Virus record (IMG/VR): IMGVR_UViG_3300037493_007233
Coordinates: 9,647-73,646 of that record
Origin: a virus
DNA: 64,000 bases
Direction: 5' to 3' (one strand)
Shown: piece after piece, positions 18,536 through 29,195 of the stretch
Numbering within the stretch: the stretch's first letter is position 1
How the letters are laid out: each line of letters opens with the position of its first letter
Notes under the pieces: generated by a model
Told to the model about the DNA's origin: nothing
The model's database searches: none
What the model saw: only the letters and a program-made list of their open reading frames with translations
Position numbers and translations under genes: made by a program

Positions 18536-19674
18536 TAGAAGAGTGTGTTAATCATAAACAGATTTGGACTGATTGGATTGTGGCCCATAACTTCGATGAA
18601 TCTATTGATTGGATCCAGAATTGTTTTTGTGAACTGCTCATCATAATCTATAGGAGGAGCAAATTCATAAGGATAAGCACCTTGGGCATAAGCAAATACG
18701 TTATTGTCCATAGATGATTTCGTTTTCACAAAGTAAAATCTAACCTTGTCTCCGCTTCTAAGTAGTGGGTATTTGTCTTTGTACTTTGAATTGTTGAGCA
18801 GGTAATTGTGGTATCCAGAAGCTCTTACGTGGATTGGGCAACCTTTTGCAACTTCTAATCCAGTGCTGTCATTCAATATGAATTTCTCCATGTTATTAAC
18901 AGAAATACCAGCAGAGATGTTTTCCGGCTGTTGAGCTTTGAAATCTTTTTTGATTGCCTTTAACTCGGTAACGAATTCTCTTAGATTGAAACTTCTTCCC
19001 TTTGAAAAAATGAATTTTGTTAGGAATAGAAGCTTTTCTCTTACAAAAGAAGGCGTACCTCCTTTAATCATCTCCACCCCAGTTGTTTTGATGGCGGATA
19101 AAGGTTCAGAGTGTACTCCGTCAGAGTAAACTATGTTTGTAACGTATTTCTTCTTACCTAGGAAAATTCCATTGATCGATAAGGTTTCAAGCTCAAAATC
19201 TTGGTAATTATCGGTACCCCATTTGGTTGAATACAGATCAAAACACTTCTTGAGATATCCTGTCAATCTATATTCGTTGATCTTGAGAATAAGATCCTTA
19301 TCCTCTCCCTTCCAATCACATGAAGCTACTACTTCCTGGAAAGTAACATAATTTGAATCCGTGTCTCCGTACACAACCATCGGGCGGTGTATTTTCTTGA
19401 CTTCAGTAAGACCCAATTTCTCGTGCAATTCTGCATCGAGATGCCAATACTCATGGAAATATTTGTGAAGAATCTTTTCAGAGTGCTTGATCAAATCCTG
19501 GCCCTGCAGGGTAACTGCTTCAGCTACCTCAGGATTAAAGCAAGCAAACCAGTTATTACCAATCGCACCGTAGATTGAGTTCATGGTAAGCTTTACCGCT
19601 TGCTCCTCGTTTTTGAGCTCGTTTTTTAAAGCAGTCAGCTCCTCAATTTTCTTTTTTAATTCCTCTTTTTCCAT
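18535..19674 (-). CDS. Family B DNA polymerase, C-terminal subunit
   Basis: Motif B KLTMNSIYG, motif C YGDTDS, KKKY, TGVE. Confidence 0.92.
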   Translation of the reverse strand: MEKEELKKKIEELTALKNELKNEEQAVKLTMNSIYGAIGNNWFACFNPEVAEAVTLQGQDLIKHSEKILHKYFHEYWHLDAELHEKLGLTEVKKIHRPMVVYGDTDSNYVTFQEVVASCDWKGEDKDLILKINEYRLTGYLKKCFDLYSTKWGTDNYQDFELETLSINGIFLGKKKYVTNIVYSDGVHSEPLSAIKTTGVEMIKGGTPSFVREKLLFLTKFIFSKGRSFNLREFVTELKAIKKDFKAQQPENISAGISVNNMEKFILNDSTGLEVAKGCPIHVRASGYHNYLLNNSKYKDKYPLLRSGDKVRFYFVKTKSSMDNNVFAYAQGAYPYEFAPPIDYDEQFTKTILDPINRFIEVMGHNPISPNLFMINTLF

Positions 19675-19677
19675 ATT

Positions 19678-20439
19678 TTATTTTTCAATCACACCAACCG
19701 CAGTCGAAGTATCGGTTTGGTCTGAAAAGAATACGATCCTGTTTTCGTGGATGTAGCAAAAACAAGATTCGGTATCCACGTAATTCAAGTGTGATTTGTA
19801 AATAGATGAATCTGCAGACTCATCCGAAGTAATGTCCGATTTTCCAATATTTAATTTGTAATCAAACGAATCTCCAGTTACTTTTACCGAATCACTAGTC
19901 ACTCGGAAAACCAAAAGCTCCTCAGAGTTTGACTCCATTCCGCAAAGTGAAATTAGAGAAGAGAAATCGGAGTTGTAGATTTTAAAGTTGCTAAGTGCAT
20001 CTTCTTTTGAATGTACAATTCCTAAGATCTTGTCTTCAACATACGATAGGAGAGAAAGATCAGCACATCTTAATTTGATTTTCAAGGAAGCTGAAACTAC
20101 CTGTAGTTCAGTTGCTACACACTCACCTTCAACGGTAGAGGTCGAGATATCGATAAAAATATCCTCTTCCGTTCTAAAGTGCTTAAAGCAGTCCATCAAC
20201 CTTGTAACATCCATCAACCCAATTTTGATCCTATCACATTTAAGAGATGCAAAGTCTGTGAGTGCGTCGAAAATCTGGTCGTTGCTGATGCCCGCATATT
20301 TCATTACAGATTTATCGGGGGTGTGAACTTTTGAGAAAAGCTTGTCTTCGGTCAATTCCAGTAAAACACTCTTGTCTACTACTTTAAGTTTCTTCAGGAA
20401 AGAAATTAGATTACTGGTACTTGTTACTCTTATCTTCAT
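19678..20439 (-). CDS. Putative sliding clamp (gp45/PCNA-like)
   Basis: 253 aa, two-domain alpha/beta pattern, directly upstream of polB C-subunit. Confidence 0.55.
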   Translation of the reverse strand: MKIRVTSTSNLISFLKKLKVVDKSVLLELTEDKLFSKVHTPDKSVMKYAGISNDQIFDALTDFASLKCDRIKIGLMDVTRLMDCFKHFRTEEDIFIDISTSTVEGECVATELQVVSASLKIKLRCADLSLLSYVEDKILGIVHSKEDALSNFKIYNSDFSSLISLCGMESNSEELLVFRVTSDSVKVTGDSFDYKLNIGKSDITSDESADSSIYKSHLNYVDTESCFCYIHENRIVFFSDQTDTSTAVGVIEK

Positions 20440-20455
20440 TATTTTATTTTTGTTT

Positions 20456-20482
20456 TTATATGTCGTTAATGTTTAAAATTTC
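20456..20482 (-). promoter_or_regulatory. Putative middle promoter GAAA-N18-TATAA
   Basis: Representative of a bipartite motif seen upstream of about 9 genes. Confidence 0.55.
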
Positions 20483-20495
20483 GATCTTTTACCTA

Positions 20496-21866
20496 TTATT
20501 CAGAATCTCCATCAACCTCTTCGGGTGTAAAAATTTCAATGTCTGTGTTAATTCTCAGTGGCTCAGATCCTACAGGGATCAAAGATGTTGATTTACCCTT
20601 TAATTTAATTGGGCCCAAACTTTTAACAACAGCTTCTTGCTTTTTGATCAACGCCTGGGTTTCCTTGATCAACTGCTTGATCCTTTTGATTTCTGCTTCT
20701 GTTTCTACAATATGATCAGAGGATAGCTTTACAATTTGAATGTGAGAAAGCTTTGCGGAAATCCAGGAAACAAACTGGGAGAGAAATGTAGTTATCTCCT
20801 CGTTAGTTCTTTTCTTTTGACTCATAAAAATCAAGAATTTAAGTTTTGCTTCTAGAAATTCTAGGTCAAACTTTAAATTTTCAAAATCTTTAGCAAGTCT
20901 TCGTAGCTTAACTGTTTCTAGATGAATCTTGAAAGCATCAAGATATTCTTTTACGGAGTTAAACTGAGCCACCCCTCCGTCTTTAATTAGCACAACATCC
21001 TCCTTCACTATGATCTGTGTTAACTTCTTTACCAGTTCAACTACAGATTGAAATTCCTTTGGCTGTATCTTTGAGAACCAAATGGTTACATCACACTTAC
21101 TCTGTGAGTTGTTATTCAATTTAAACTCGTGCCCATAAGAGGAAAGCTTATTGATAAGCTTCTCCATAAAAGAATCATATCTCATTACAGGTGGAAGATC
21201 GAAAATCCTGATTGTTCTTTTTGTGGCGTTGCTTTCAAATCCACTTTCAAGCAACCAAACATTTTCCTCGTTTTCGAACTTATAGATTTTTCCGGTAAAA
21301 TCCCTGAAATAAGGTTTAAGTATCTTGTTCTTACCCTCTAGATATTCAATTATATCTTCCATTTTACGGGGAAGGATGTTGCTTCTATATCCAACAGCAA
21401 TACCGATTATATGGGTAAGCAAACCAACAGGCACTTCTACATGTAGCCAGTCGTGTCCGCCCTCCTCGTTTTTCTCATTGAGATCTGAGTGGCGGTTTAC
21501 AATATTCTTAACCTCTGGGTTAATCCTTACCGAAGTATATCGGGCAGCTGATGGGCTGGGATTTACTGGGGATCCAAAAAATCCATCTCCTTCGAGAACC
21601 TGATACGAGCATCCAAAAGGCCTGGCCAATTTTGAAATAGCCCCAGATAATGATGAATCACCATGGTGATACAAGCCGGTTCTGATTACTTCTCCGACTA
21701 GACCAATTGTCTTGTTGTAATGTGATGGGCTGTTTTCCAGAATGATTCTCTGAACCGGAGTCAACGAATCATAAAAATTAGGAATACCTCTTGATTGCAA
21801 AACGTACAAAGCATATTCTCTGTACTTATGATTAATCTGATCTGAAATACTTAGTGTCGAACTCAA
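20496..21866 (-). CDS. Type IIA topoisomerase, GyrA/gp52-like subunit
   Basis: DSLTPVQR, YHHGDSSL, GFFGS, AARYT catalytic Tyr, GIAVG. Confidence 0.9.
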   Translation of the reverse strand: MSSTLSISDQINHKYREYALYVLQSRGIPNFYDSLTPVQRIILENSPSHYNKTIGLVGEVIRTGLYHHGDSSLSGAISKLARPFGCSYQVLEGDGFFGSPVNPSPSAARYTSVRINPEVKNIVNRHSDLNEKNEEGGHDWLHVEVPVGLLTHIIGIAVGYRSNILPRKMEDIIEYLEGKNKILKPYFRDFTGKIYKFENEENVWLLESGFESNATKRTIRIFDLPPVMRYDSFMEKLINKLSSYGHEFKLNNNSQSKCDVTIWFSKIQPKEFQSVVELVKKLTQIIVKEDVVLIKDGGVAQFNSVKEYLDAFKIHLETVKLRRLAKDFENLKFDLEFLEAKLKFLIFMSQKKRTNEEITTFLSQFVSWISAKLSHIQIVKLSSDHIVETEAEIKRIKQLIKETQALIKKQEAVVKSLGPIKLKGKSTSLIPVGSEPLRINTDIEIFTPEEVDGDSE

Positions 21867-21917
21867 AACCTTATTCTTTCAGTATTGTATGAAAGGTAGG
21901 TTTAGATGTTTCTAATA

Positions 21918-23066
21918 TTATGCAGTCTTCTTAGATTGATCCTTTTCTTTTGTCTGTACTAAAGAAGCAGATGCTAAAACTTTAGGTGAGATATCGTCGA
22001 TCTGAACCAGAGCAAAATCTATTTCCTGCTGATTTTTGGCTTTCATGTCGGCAAGGATCTCACGAAGGTCTGCAGAGTTTTTCAAAACTATACATCCTGC
22101 CGAATGTGAATCCACGGTTGGGGTAGATCCTGATCTTAATCCTCTGTGAATATTTATACCACCCTGACCATTTTCTTCCTTTCCAGGAGAATATGTGGTA
22201 AAGGTAGCTTTAGAGGGATCGTCTACTGGTTCATATCTCTGTATTTTAATACTTTCAGCTTGAACAAGTGCTTCGTATTGACCTCTATGTTTGCCTATCT
22301 TATATCTATAAACCCCGGGTTGCATGATAGCTGGTCCATTAGGATTAACAACATCTTTTGCTCCAGTTGCAACATAGTAATTACGGAAAGATTTAACCAA
22401 AAAGAAAGGTCCAGGAACTGTAGTTGCAGGAAAGAATTCAACATTCTTTTCTTTCTGTGGGCTCATGAGGAAAACCACATCAGTAAATCTGTTAGGATAA
22501 TTCTTTTTGGTTGAAATTTTATTTCTGAGACCAACAAGATTGTACTGATCGAAATTCATTTCCTTAGAGAGTCCTTCAGAATCTAAAATTGCCTTTAAAC
22601 CATCCCAAGTTATAACATTAACATCATCAAATTCATAGTCTGAACTCTGTGGTAGTAATTTATAATCTGGCTTCTGGGTTTTATTTCCAGCAGCATTAAG
22701 ATTCTTAATGTTTTCGTCTGCAGCTTTTTTATTAGCGGAGTCTTTAGAAAGATCTGCTTCGACCTCTTCAGCGGTTGCCGGTGAATCCGATGGTATTATT
22801 TTAGCTTCTTCCCATGCTGCTTTAAGGTTAGGATCAGCATCGACAGCAGCAAGTAAATCCCCACCAAATTTGGTTGCGAAGAAAAGGTCACGAATAAATG
22901 TTTTACTAACATTTTCTTTTTTACCAGCTTCCTTACTAGAACCTTTTAAAGCTCCCTTAACTTCTGCTCCTTGGGCTAGTGCTTTTTGAATTATTGTTGG
23001 CTGGGCAAGGGAAGCCTCGTTTATTTCACCAAATTCGCTAAATGATAAGATTCTTTTGGGCATCAA
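21918..23066 (-). CDS. Putative virion protein with C-terminal YkuD/L,D-transpeptidase-like domain
   Basis: ATTVPG, PGVY, GINIHRG...SAGCIVL; N-terminal ILSFSEF..INE. Confidence 0.6.
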   Translation of the reverse strand: MMPKRILSFSEFGEINEASLAQPTIIQKALAQGAEVKGALKGSSKEAGKKENVSKTFIRDLFFATKFGGDLLAAVDADPNLKAAWEEAKIIPSDSPATAEEVEADLSKDSANKKAADENIKNLNAAGNKTQKPDYKLLPQSSDYEFDDVNVITWDGLKAILDSEGLSKEMNFDQYNLVGLRNKISTKKNYPNRFTDVVFLMSPQKEKNVEFFPATTVPGPFFLVKSFRNYYVATGAKDVVNPNGPAIMQPGVYRYKIGKHRGQYEALVQAESIKIQRYEPVDDPSKATFTTYSPGKEENGQGGINIHRGLRSGSTPTVDSHSAGCIVLKNSADLREILADMKAKNQQEIDFALVQIDDISPKVLASASLVQTKEKDQSKKTA

Positions 23067-23078
23067 ATGTTATTATTT

Positions 23079-23435
23079 TTAGATCTCTCCATCTCTATTT
23101 ATCTTCGAAGAAAAAGAGTTTAATAAGAACACTATAAAAGAATTGATTATAACACTTATACCACTATTCAAGAATCCCCAGGTCAGAATTGTTAATGGCA
23201 GATATAATATTGAACCAGGATTTAAAAGATCGCAAAAGGGATTTACAATATGGTCTAGAACCGAAAGAATTCCTAATCCTATACCAACCCAAAATCCTGA
23301 GCATTGCATACAGGTAAGAAGCTTAGAAAACATCTGATTCTTTACCATCAAATAAATTCTTATCCCGTCGAAAATGGATCCATTAACAATGATGTTGGTA
23401 ATAGACCACCCTATAATAATTAATAATAAAAGCAT
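23079..23435 (-). CDS. DUF1360-like membrane protein
   Basis: Hydrophobic helices; LLTCMQCSGFWVG. Confidence 0.65.
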   Translation of the reverse strand: MLLLLIIIGWSITNIIVNGSIFDGIRIYLMVKNQMFSKLLTCMQCSGFWVGIGLGILSVLDHIVNPFCDLLNPGSILYLPLTILTWGFLNSGISVIINSFIVFLLNSFSSKINRDGEI

Positions 23436-23437
23436 GT

Positions 23438-24487
23438 TTAAAAAGATTTTTTATATGTATTTAGAAATTCAGTCTGTTCCTGAGTTAAATTTTTTGGTAC
23501 CTTCAGGGAAATCCTAACCAGAATGTCGCCACAGAAATCATTATTGAATTCAGGTACACCTTTACCTGCTAATCTGAATATTTTTCCTGGATCAGTACCT
23601 GCTGGAACTGCAATTTTGTAATCTCCGCCAGTAGAAATATTTGGTATCTTAATTTCGGTACCAAGGCATGCCTCAGGAAAAGTAATTTCCTTTTCACATA
23701 TTAGGTTTATACCATCCCTTTTATAAAACTCGTGTGGTAAATCCTCGACGGTAATTATTAAATCCCCTGGATCCGATGGCATTTTTTCAAAATCTCCTTT
23801 TCCCTCCATCTTAAAAGATATCCCAGTAACTGAACCCTTAGGTATGTTTAGTTCAACTTGATCTATATTTCTTTGGGTTCCGGCACCGCCGCAATAGGTA
23901 CAGATTGCCTTAGGAACCTGTCCATGACCAGAGCAGGCATAGCAACTTTCGTCCAGAGCCATCTGTCCGAAATTTGTATTTACTACCTTTCTTTTAACGC
24001 CCAAACCAGCACAGGCAACACAAGTATCTACGTCGCCATTTTTAGCACCTGTTCCTTTACACGGATCACAGATTAGCCTTCTGTAAACATTAACCTTTCT
24101 GTTTGAACCTTTAAGTACATCCTCGAGATTAATCTGGATTCTAGCATTGATATTTTTTCCTTTGCCAACCGGATCTCTCGGTGCCTGCCTTCCGCCAAAA
24201 CCACCAGAAAAGATGTCTTGGAATGGATTGCCGCCAGCGAATGGACTATTAAATCCACCAAAACCCCCATGTCCTCCAAAAGGATTTGGATTATCATATT
24301 TGGATTTTTTTGCGGGATCGGATAAGTTTTCGTAAGCTTCTGCTATTTCCTGGAATCTCTGCGATGCCTCCGGGCTACCCGGATTTTTGTCTGGATGATA
24401 TTTAAGTGCTAACTTTCTGTAGCTCTTTTTAATTTCTTCGGGGCTTGCATTTCTCCCCACCCCTAAAATTTGATAATAATCTTTCAT
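23438..24487 (-). CDS. dnaJ: DnaJ chaperone
   Basis: J domain HPD, G/F region, four CxxCxGxG repeats, C-terminal domain. Confidence 0.96.
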   Translation of the reverse strand: MKDYYQILGVGRNASPEEIKKSYRKLALKYHPDKNPGSPEASQRFQEIAEAYENLSDPAKKSKYDNPNPFGGHGGFGGFNSPFAGGNPFQDIFSGGFGGRQAPRDPVGKGKNINARIQINLEDVLKGSNRKVNVYRRLICDPCKGTGAKNGDVDTCVACAGLGVKRKVVNTNFGQMALDESCYACSGHGQVPKAICTYCGGAGTQRNIDQVELNIPKGSVTGISFKMEGKGDFEKMPSDPGDLIITVEDLPHEFYKRDGINLICEKEITFPEACLGTEIKIPNISTGGDYKIAVPAGTDPGKIFRLAGKGVPEFNNDFCGDILVRISLKVPKNLTQEQTEFLNTYKKSF

Positions 24488-24498
24488 CTAGTTTATCG

Positions 24499-24846
24499 TC
24501 AAAATGAAGATTTAAGCCATTCCCTAATTACAGTCTCTTGACCTTTCTTATTCTTGGGAATACCTCTCCACTTTGACTTTAGTTCCTTAGCTAGAACTAA
24601 AATTTCTGCACAAAGTTCGTAATTCTCTTCTACCTCCCAGTATTTAATCATGCGGGAAGCAAAATCATCGATCTTTTGTTCGCAATCAAAGATATAAATA
24701 AATTCCTCGCCTTGGGTTCGGAGAGCAACTAGGAAAAGATCCTGAACTGCTCTATCGATATGATTTTTCAACACAGAAAACTGGGGATGATCCTCAAAGG
24801 ATGATCGCCAATCGTTATATGGGAAGTTTTCTGAGTTGTTAGACAT
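24499..24846 (-). CDS. Hypothetical protein with UVR-like motif
   Basis: EENYELCAEI. Confidence 0.55.
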   Translation of the reverse strand: MSNNSENFPYNDWRSSFEDHPQFSVLKNHIDRAVQDLFLVALRTQGEEFIYIFDCEQKIDDFASRMIKYWEVEENYELCAEILVLAKELKSKWRGIPKNKKGQETVIREWLKSSF

Positions 24847-25102
24847 TCTTTTTGTTCTCGGCCAGAAAATTATATATCTCTATGTAAGTGGATTGATCTG
24901 CTAAATCTAAAAAAGTAAGGCTTAGTTTATTTAGAAGATCGTTGGTTTGTTCCTCACCAAAGTTTTCAAATAATACCTCTTTTTTGATTCTGGCTTCAAT
25001 TTCACTATCACGTTGATATTTTACTCTTTCGTCCTTCAAAGATAAAATTTTATTTTCAAATTCTTTGAACGCTTCTAGTTCTTTTTTTCCAATTTCTTTC
25101 AT
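24839..25102 (-). CDS. Hypothetical protein
   Basis: 87 aa ORF, coupled to neighbours. Confidence 0.6.
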   Translation of the reverse strand: MKEIGKKELEAFKEFENKILSLKDERVKYQRDSEIEARIKKEVLFENFGEEQTNDLLNKLSLTFLDLADQSTYIEIYNFLAENKKNV

Positions 25103-26037
25103 AGAAGTATTTTTTCGATTTTTTGGTGATAATCAAGGAGGGCTTTATCCTTCATTTTTACCTCTAATTCTATATCGAAAAAATGCCCATATGTTTCAAT
25201 TTCTGTGTTTATCCAATCCGAATGCGCAAGCTCCTTAGCCGAAGAATCCTCAAACAATTTTCTAGATTCTGAATAATGTGTAAGAGGAGTAATACAGACT
25301 GGCCAACTAGAAAGGCAAATCTTAAGGGATTCCTCCTCGCTTAATTCTTCGGGTGGATTACATTTATTATGAAGATAATCAAAAGTAATTGGTATACCAA
25401 TTTTTTTGTGTACCATTTCATAGAGATCAACAGAAGTGTATTGTGATCTTTTATCATCGACCTCTACGACTAATCTAGCTTTAACTCCTTCAGGGAGCAG
25501 AAAAAAATTATTGCAAAATCTCTCCGCTGCTTCTTCTTTGGTCGGCTGGGTTGTATTGACGTGTATGTTAATAGGATATAAATGTGTCCTATCTAAATTC
25601 ATCAAATCCATAATTTCAGCGTGTTGAGATAACTCTTTAATCGCTTTCTTAACGACATCTTCCCTAAGTGAAGCTAAAACTGAATATGGTGAAGGGTGAA
25701 ATGTTAATCTTTGACTGAGCCCAACTGCAATTCTACCTGCTAATTCCAATTTCTGCTTGATGTATTCGAAATCAGGTAGATCTTTTATTTCATACTCAGA
25801 GCACCACGGAAACATGTCAGAACTCATTCTGTACATCTTTATGCCCATTTGGTTATTCCATTCAATTATGGTACAAAGATCAGTAACATTTTGTTTTGCA
25901 AGTTCAGAAGCATAAGAAATTCCCCTTTCGAGAAATGTCTTTTTAGTCATGGATCTGTTAGTGGTAACGCGATCTGATTTTTTACCCTCTTGCAAAGTCA
26001 TGTTTATGCAACAGTATCCATATCTTCTTTTCATCAT
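25099..26037 (-). CDS. uvsE: UV damage endonuclease (UVDE)
   Basis: GYCCIN, YRMSSDMFP, LTFHP, NIHV, RLVVEVDD, FDYLH, HYSES, AHSD, EVKMKD. Confidence 0.92.
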   Translation of the reverse strand: MMKRRYGYCCINMTLQEGKKSDRVTTNRSMTKKTFLERGISYASELAKQNVTDLCTIIEWNNQMGIKMYRMSSDMFPWCSEYEIKDLPDFEYIKQKLELAGRIAVGLSQRLTFHPSPYSVLASLREDVVKKAIKELSQHAEIMDLMNLDRTHLYPINIHVNTTQPTKEEAAERFCNNFFLLPEGVKARLVVEVDDKRSQYTSVDLYEMVHKKIGIPITFDYLHNKCNPPEELSEEESLKICLSSWPVCITPLTHYSESRKLFEDSSAKELAHSDWINTEIETYGHFFDIELEVKMKDKALLDYHQKIEKILL

Positions 26038-26081
26038 TTCGTAAAGTTAGGCGGAATAAACGTGATAAAAAAATACCTTAG

Positions 26082-27866
26082 TTAAGAAAAACTGGAGAGC
26101 CAGATTTTCCTAGCGTCAGCTGACTTACCAAAAGCCATATCTAGGAAGTGTGCAGACTTTTTATCCTTGATGATATTGATAATCCTTTTGTTTTTCATTA
26201 CATGATCCCAGTCTTCCAGTGACAATGAACCCAATCCTTTAAGATATCTAACGTTGGTGAATTTTTTCTTAGCAGATGCCTCCTTGAATTCACCTAGTGA
26301 ATAAAAATATAACTTGGATTTATCTCCAGCAGATACAAGAGGAGTTTCTAGAAAATGCAGCATCTTCTTTTCGATAATCCACGGGAACCAATTAAAGATC
26401 AGACTAATCAAAAGGGAAGTAATGTGTGCCCCGTCTGGATCCTGATCCGTAGAAATTACAATCTTTTCATAAGGACATTGCAAAGAAGGGTTCTCTGGAT
26501 CTAGATTTAAAATCTGCATCAATTCGAGAATTTCCCTGTTATCAGCTAGATCTGAAAGATTTCTGGCATTTTTAATTTTCCCCTTTAACGCATAAACTCC
26601 GTCTCTTGCAGGGTTTCTTTTTTGTAGAATAGATCCCATAGCTGAAAGCCCTTCCACTATAAAAAGATTCTCTGCAATTCTAGAAGTTGGAGGAAAGTAT
26701 TTGTGAGAGAATTTTATGTTAACGTTTTTCTTTTCTTTTCGGATTTTCTTAAGATCCGATTCCTTCTTCCTTCTTTCAACTAGCTCCTTGATCTTTTTGA
26801 AAAGTGGAGTGGAAAAAAACCTTTTAAGTGGACCTTCAAAAGCATCAAGTATAATCTTTTCAACGTCTTCACGTCTGGAAACAAATTTGGTTTTGTTCTG
26901 GTCTCCAAATTTTACAAGTGCTGGTGGAAGATTCAGAATAAGACAAAAATCGTAGAAGTGGTGTGCAAGTGAATCGTCCAGCACACCGTTAATTTGGTCC
27001 ATTATAATCTTTTGTTGAATCCCGGTACAGATTGCACTATTGACAAAAGAAACTGAACCTGAGTCTTCAGTTTTTTCCCATACTAGAATTTCTCCTATCG
27101 ATGTTTTATATGACAACTGTTTGAGCACATCCGTTTTTACCTCAGTCTCCTTTCCATCCCAAACGAATTTGATCTTTATGGTTTTTGTGTTTGACTCAGT
27201 TTCTAATACTCTTTTTTTGAGAATTAGCATAGAGAAAAGGATGTCCTTACTCCATTTGCAATTGTCAAAGATATCAGGCAAAGGAGAAAATGTAACTGCA
27301 GTTCCTAACTTATTCTTTGATTTTTTGGTAATAACTGGTTTTGATCCTTTGAAGTTATTCCACTCCTGAAAATAGCTTTCTTTAGAATTGGTAGATTCTA
27401 TAGAAAAATAACTAGACATTGCATTAACCAAACTGACTCCCATCCCGTTGGTGCCAATAAGGGTTTCCGAGATCTGCTCATTATCAAAGTTGGACCCAGC
27501 TCTCAACATGGAAACTGCTGTCTCGATATTTGGTAAGCCGCTTTTCTCGTTTATTTTAGAACCGTCCATAAACCCTTCACCGGTATCAGCAATCTTTATT
27601 CTGTTTGTTTTAGAATCAACCTCAATTATAATTGAGTCCATGGGTTTTTTCATCCTTTTAGCTTCGTCTACGCAGTTGGAAAAAACCTCATCGAATAACT
27701 TGTACATTCCAACAGAAATTTGATAAGGGACCGAGCATATTCGGTCTTCTTTTACTATCGGAAGCATTTCCTCACTCAGTTTTACAGAGCCTACGTAAAT
27801 GGTGGGCCTTTTGAGTATATGCTCAAAATCTGAAAGGACCTGAATTTTTTTATTAGCTGATGTCAT
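26082..27866 (-). CDS. Type IIA topoisomerase, GyrB/gp39+60-like subunit
   Basis: EHILKRP, DEVFSNCVDE, GSNFD, GTNGMG, IVEGLSA, LKGKIKN, DQDPDG, YLKGLGS. Confidence 0.93.
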   Translation of the reverse strand: MTSANKKIQVLSDFEHILKRPTIYVGSVKLSEEMLPIVKEDRICSVPYQISVGMYKLFDEVFSNCVDEAKRMKKPMDSIIIEVDSKTNRIKIADTGEGFMDGSKINEKSGLPNIETAVSMLRAGSNFDNEQISETLIGTNGMGVSLVNAMSSYFSIESTNSKESYFQEWNNFKGSKPVITKKSKNKLGTAVTFSPLPDIFDNCKWSKDILFSMLILKKRVLETESNTKTIKIKFVWDGKETEVKTDVLKQLSYKTSIGEILVWEKTEDSGSVSFVNSAICTGIQQKIIMDQINGVLDDSLAHHFYDFCLILNLPPALVKFGDQNKTKFVSRREDVEKIILDAFEGPLKRFFSTPLFKKIKELVERRKKESDLKKIRKEKKNVNIKFSHKYFPPTSRIAENLFIVEGLSAMGSILQKRNPARDGVYALKGKIKNARNLSDLADNREILELMQILNLDPENPSLQCPYEKIVISTDQDPDGAHITSLLISLIFNWFPWIIEKKMLHFLETPLVSAGDKSKLYFYSLGEFKEASAKKKFTNVRYLKGLGSLSLEDWDHVMKNKRIINIIKDKKSAHFLDMAFGKSADARKIWLSSFS

Positions 27867-27870
27867 TGTT

Positions 27871-28545
27871 TTATTTGGGTGTTACAAAATAGAGCATGGT
27901 TTGGCTTCCCCCACCATAGTCCCAGAAAAATTCGTGTCTAATTTTTCCAGGTAATTGAAAATGAGGGATTTGCTCTGGGTAATGTGTTTCTATAGCTATT
28001 CTATCAATCTTAGAAAGAGTATTTTCGCTTAAATTCATGAAAAAATCCCATTCACCTCCTTCTATGTCACACTTTATAAAATCAATTTTTTCCAATTCAT
28101 AGATTTCCATGAATTTCTCAAGTGTAATTCTTAGCTTATTTCCTTTAAAAGACCATAGATGGGATTGCTCTTGAGTTTCGGAAAGCATCGATGTATTTAG
28201 TGTAACCACATTTGATAGATCCTTGCAATTTTCAACTAAACAAGAATATGCTTCGGGTGATCCGTCTATAGAATAAACGCAACTAGCTTTTTCTGCTGCA
28301 TGGCAAGTGAAAAAGCCAACGTTCGAACCAATGTCAATTACAACGTCTCCAGGTTTAAGAAAACAATCCCACATTTCATAGATACATTCTTTTTCGGAGA
28401 AAGGCCAAATTAAGTTCTCACAGTAAAGAAAATCATAACCATGTACTCCTCCCTCATAGGATCCTTGATTTAAATGATCAAAAGTTACATATTCGTAAAT
28501 ATTAGTTTTGTCATGGAATATTTTCCATTGCTTATTTGGTACCAT
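27871..28545 (-). CDS. FkbM-family methyltransferase
   Basis: VIDIGSNVG, IDFIKCDIEGGE, IAIETH. Confidence 0.88.
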   Translation of the reverse strand: MVPNKQWKIFHDKTNIYEYVTFDHLNQGSYEGGVHGYDFLYCENLIWPFSEKECIYEMWDCFLKPGDVVIDIGSNVGFFTCHAAEKASCVYSIDGSPEAYSCLVENCKDLSNVVTLNTSMLSETQEQSHLWSFKGNKLRITLEKFMEIYELEKIDFIKCDIEGGEWDFFMNLSENTLSKIDRIAIETHYPEQIPHFQLPGKIRHEFFWDYGGGSQTMLYFVTPK

Positions 28546-28593
28546 AAATCAATATATTGATTTTTATAGATTAAAGCCTTAGTTAAATTTCAC

Positions 28594-28627
28594 AAAAAAA
28601 AGGACTGGGGTTGTTCCAGTCCTTTTT
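28594..28627 (-). terminator. Intrinsic terminator
   Basis: AAAAAGGACTGG/CCAGTCCTTTTT stem. Confidence 0.8.
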
Positions 28628-28643
28628 ACTAAATATCTTAAAA

Positions 28644-29177
28644 TTACTTCTTTGGTGTAAAATAGATCTCTTCAATCTTGATAGGAGCTATTTTTGCTTC
28701 ATATCCTTTATCTTTAAGAGAAACTGGAATACCAATTACAAATTCCTTACCGTCAATCATCTCTACTCTATCAACCATGAATTCAGAATCGAAGTAAATT
28801 GTGCGTTGATTTCCAAATCTATCAACATCAAAATCAAAATCTCCTTCTCTATCATCATCGATATCAATACCTCTTTGAGCTTTCATCTTACGGGCAATTC
28901 TTTCTCTTTCCTGAGCAATAATATCTTTAACGTAATCTGGTGCTCCCTTTCCTTGTGTAGGAACTTCCGCAATCACAACAATTTCTTCAATCTCACCCAT
29001 TTCTTTTTTCTTAAGAAGATCCTTAAGTGTAGCAGCAACCTCTGAATATTTAACATTCATTTCTGGCTTGGTGTTGATGTTCTTTCTGAATTCCAATTCA
29101 TTAAAAACGGGAATCGCAGAATATGTTGATTCACTTACTTCTGCTGAATAGTCTTCAAAAATTTTAACGTATTTCAT
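28644..29177 (-). CDS. Hypothetical protein, putative virion-internal
   Basis: MKYVKIFEDY..VSES; GATATATA at 29197-29204. Confidence 0.65.
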   Translation of the reverse strand: MKYVKIFEDYSAEVSESTYSAIPVFNELEFRKNINTKPEMNVKYSEVAATLKDLLKKKEMGEIEEIVVIAEVPTQGKGAPDYVKDIIAQERERIARKMKAQRGIDIDDDREGDFDFDVDRFGNQRTIYFDSEFMVDRVEMIDGKEFVIGIPVSLKDKGYEAKIAPIKIEEIYFTPKK

Positions 29178-29195
29178 CTAGTAATTTTTCTTTTT

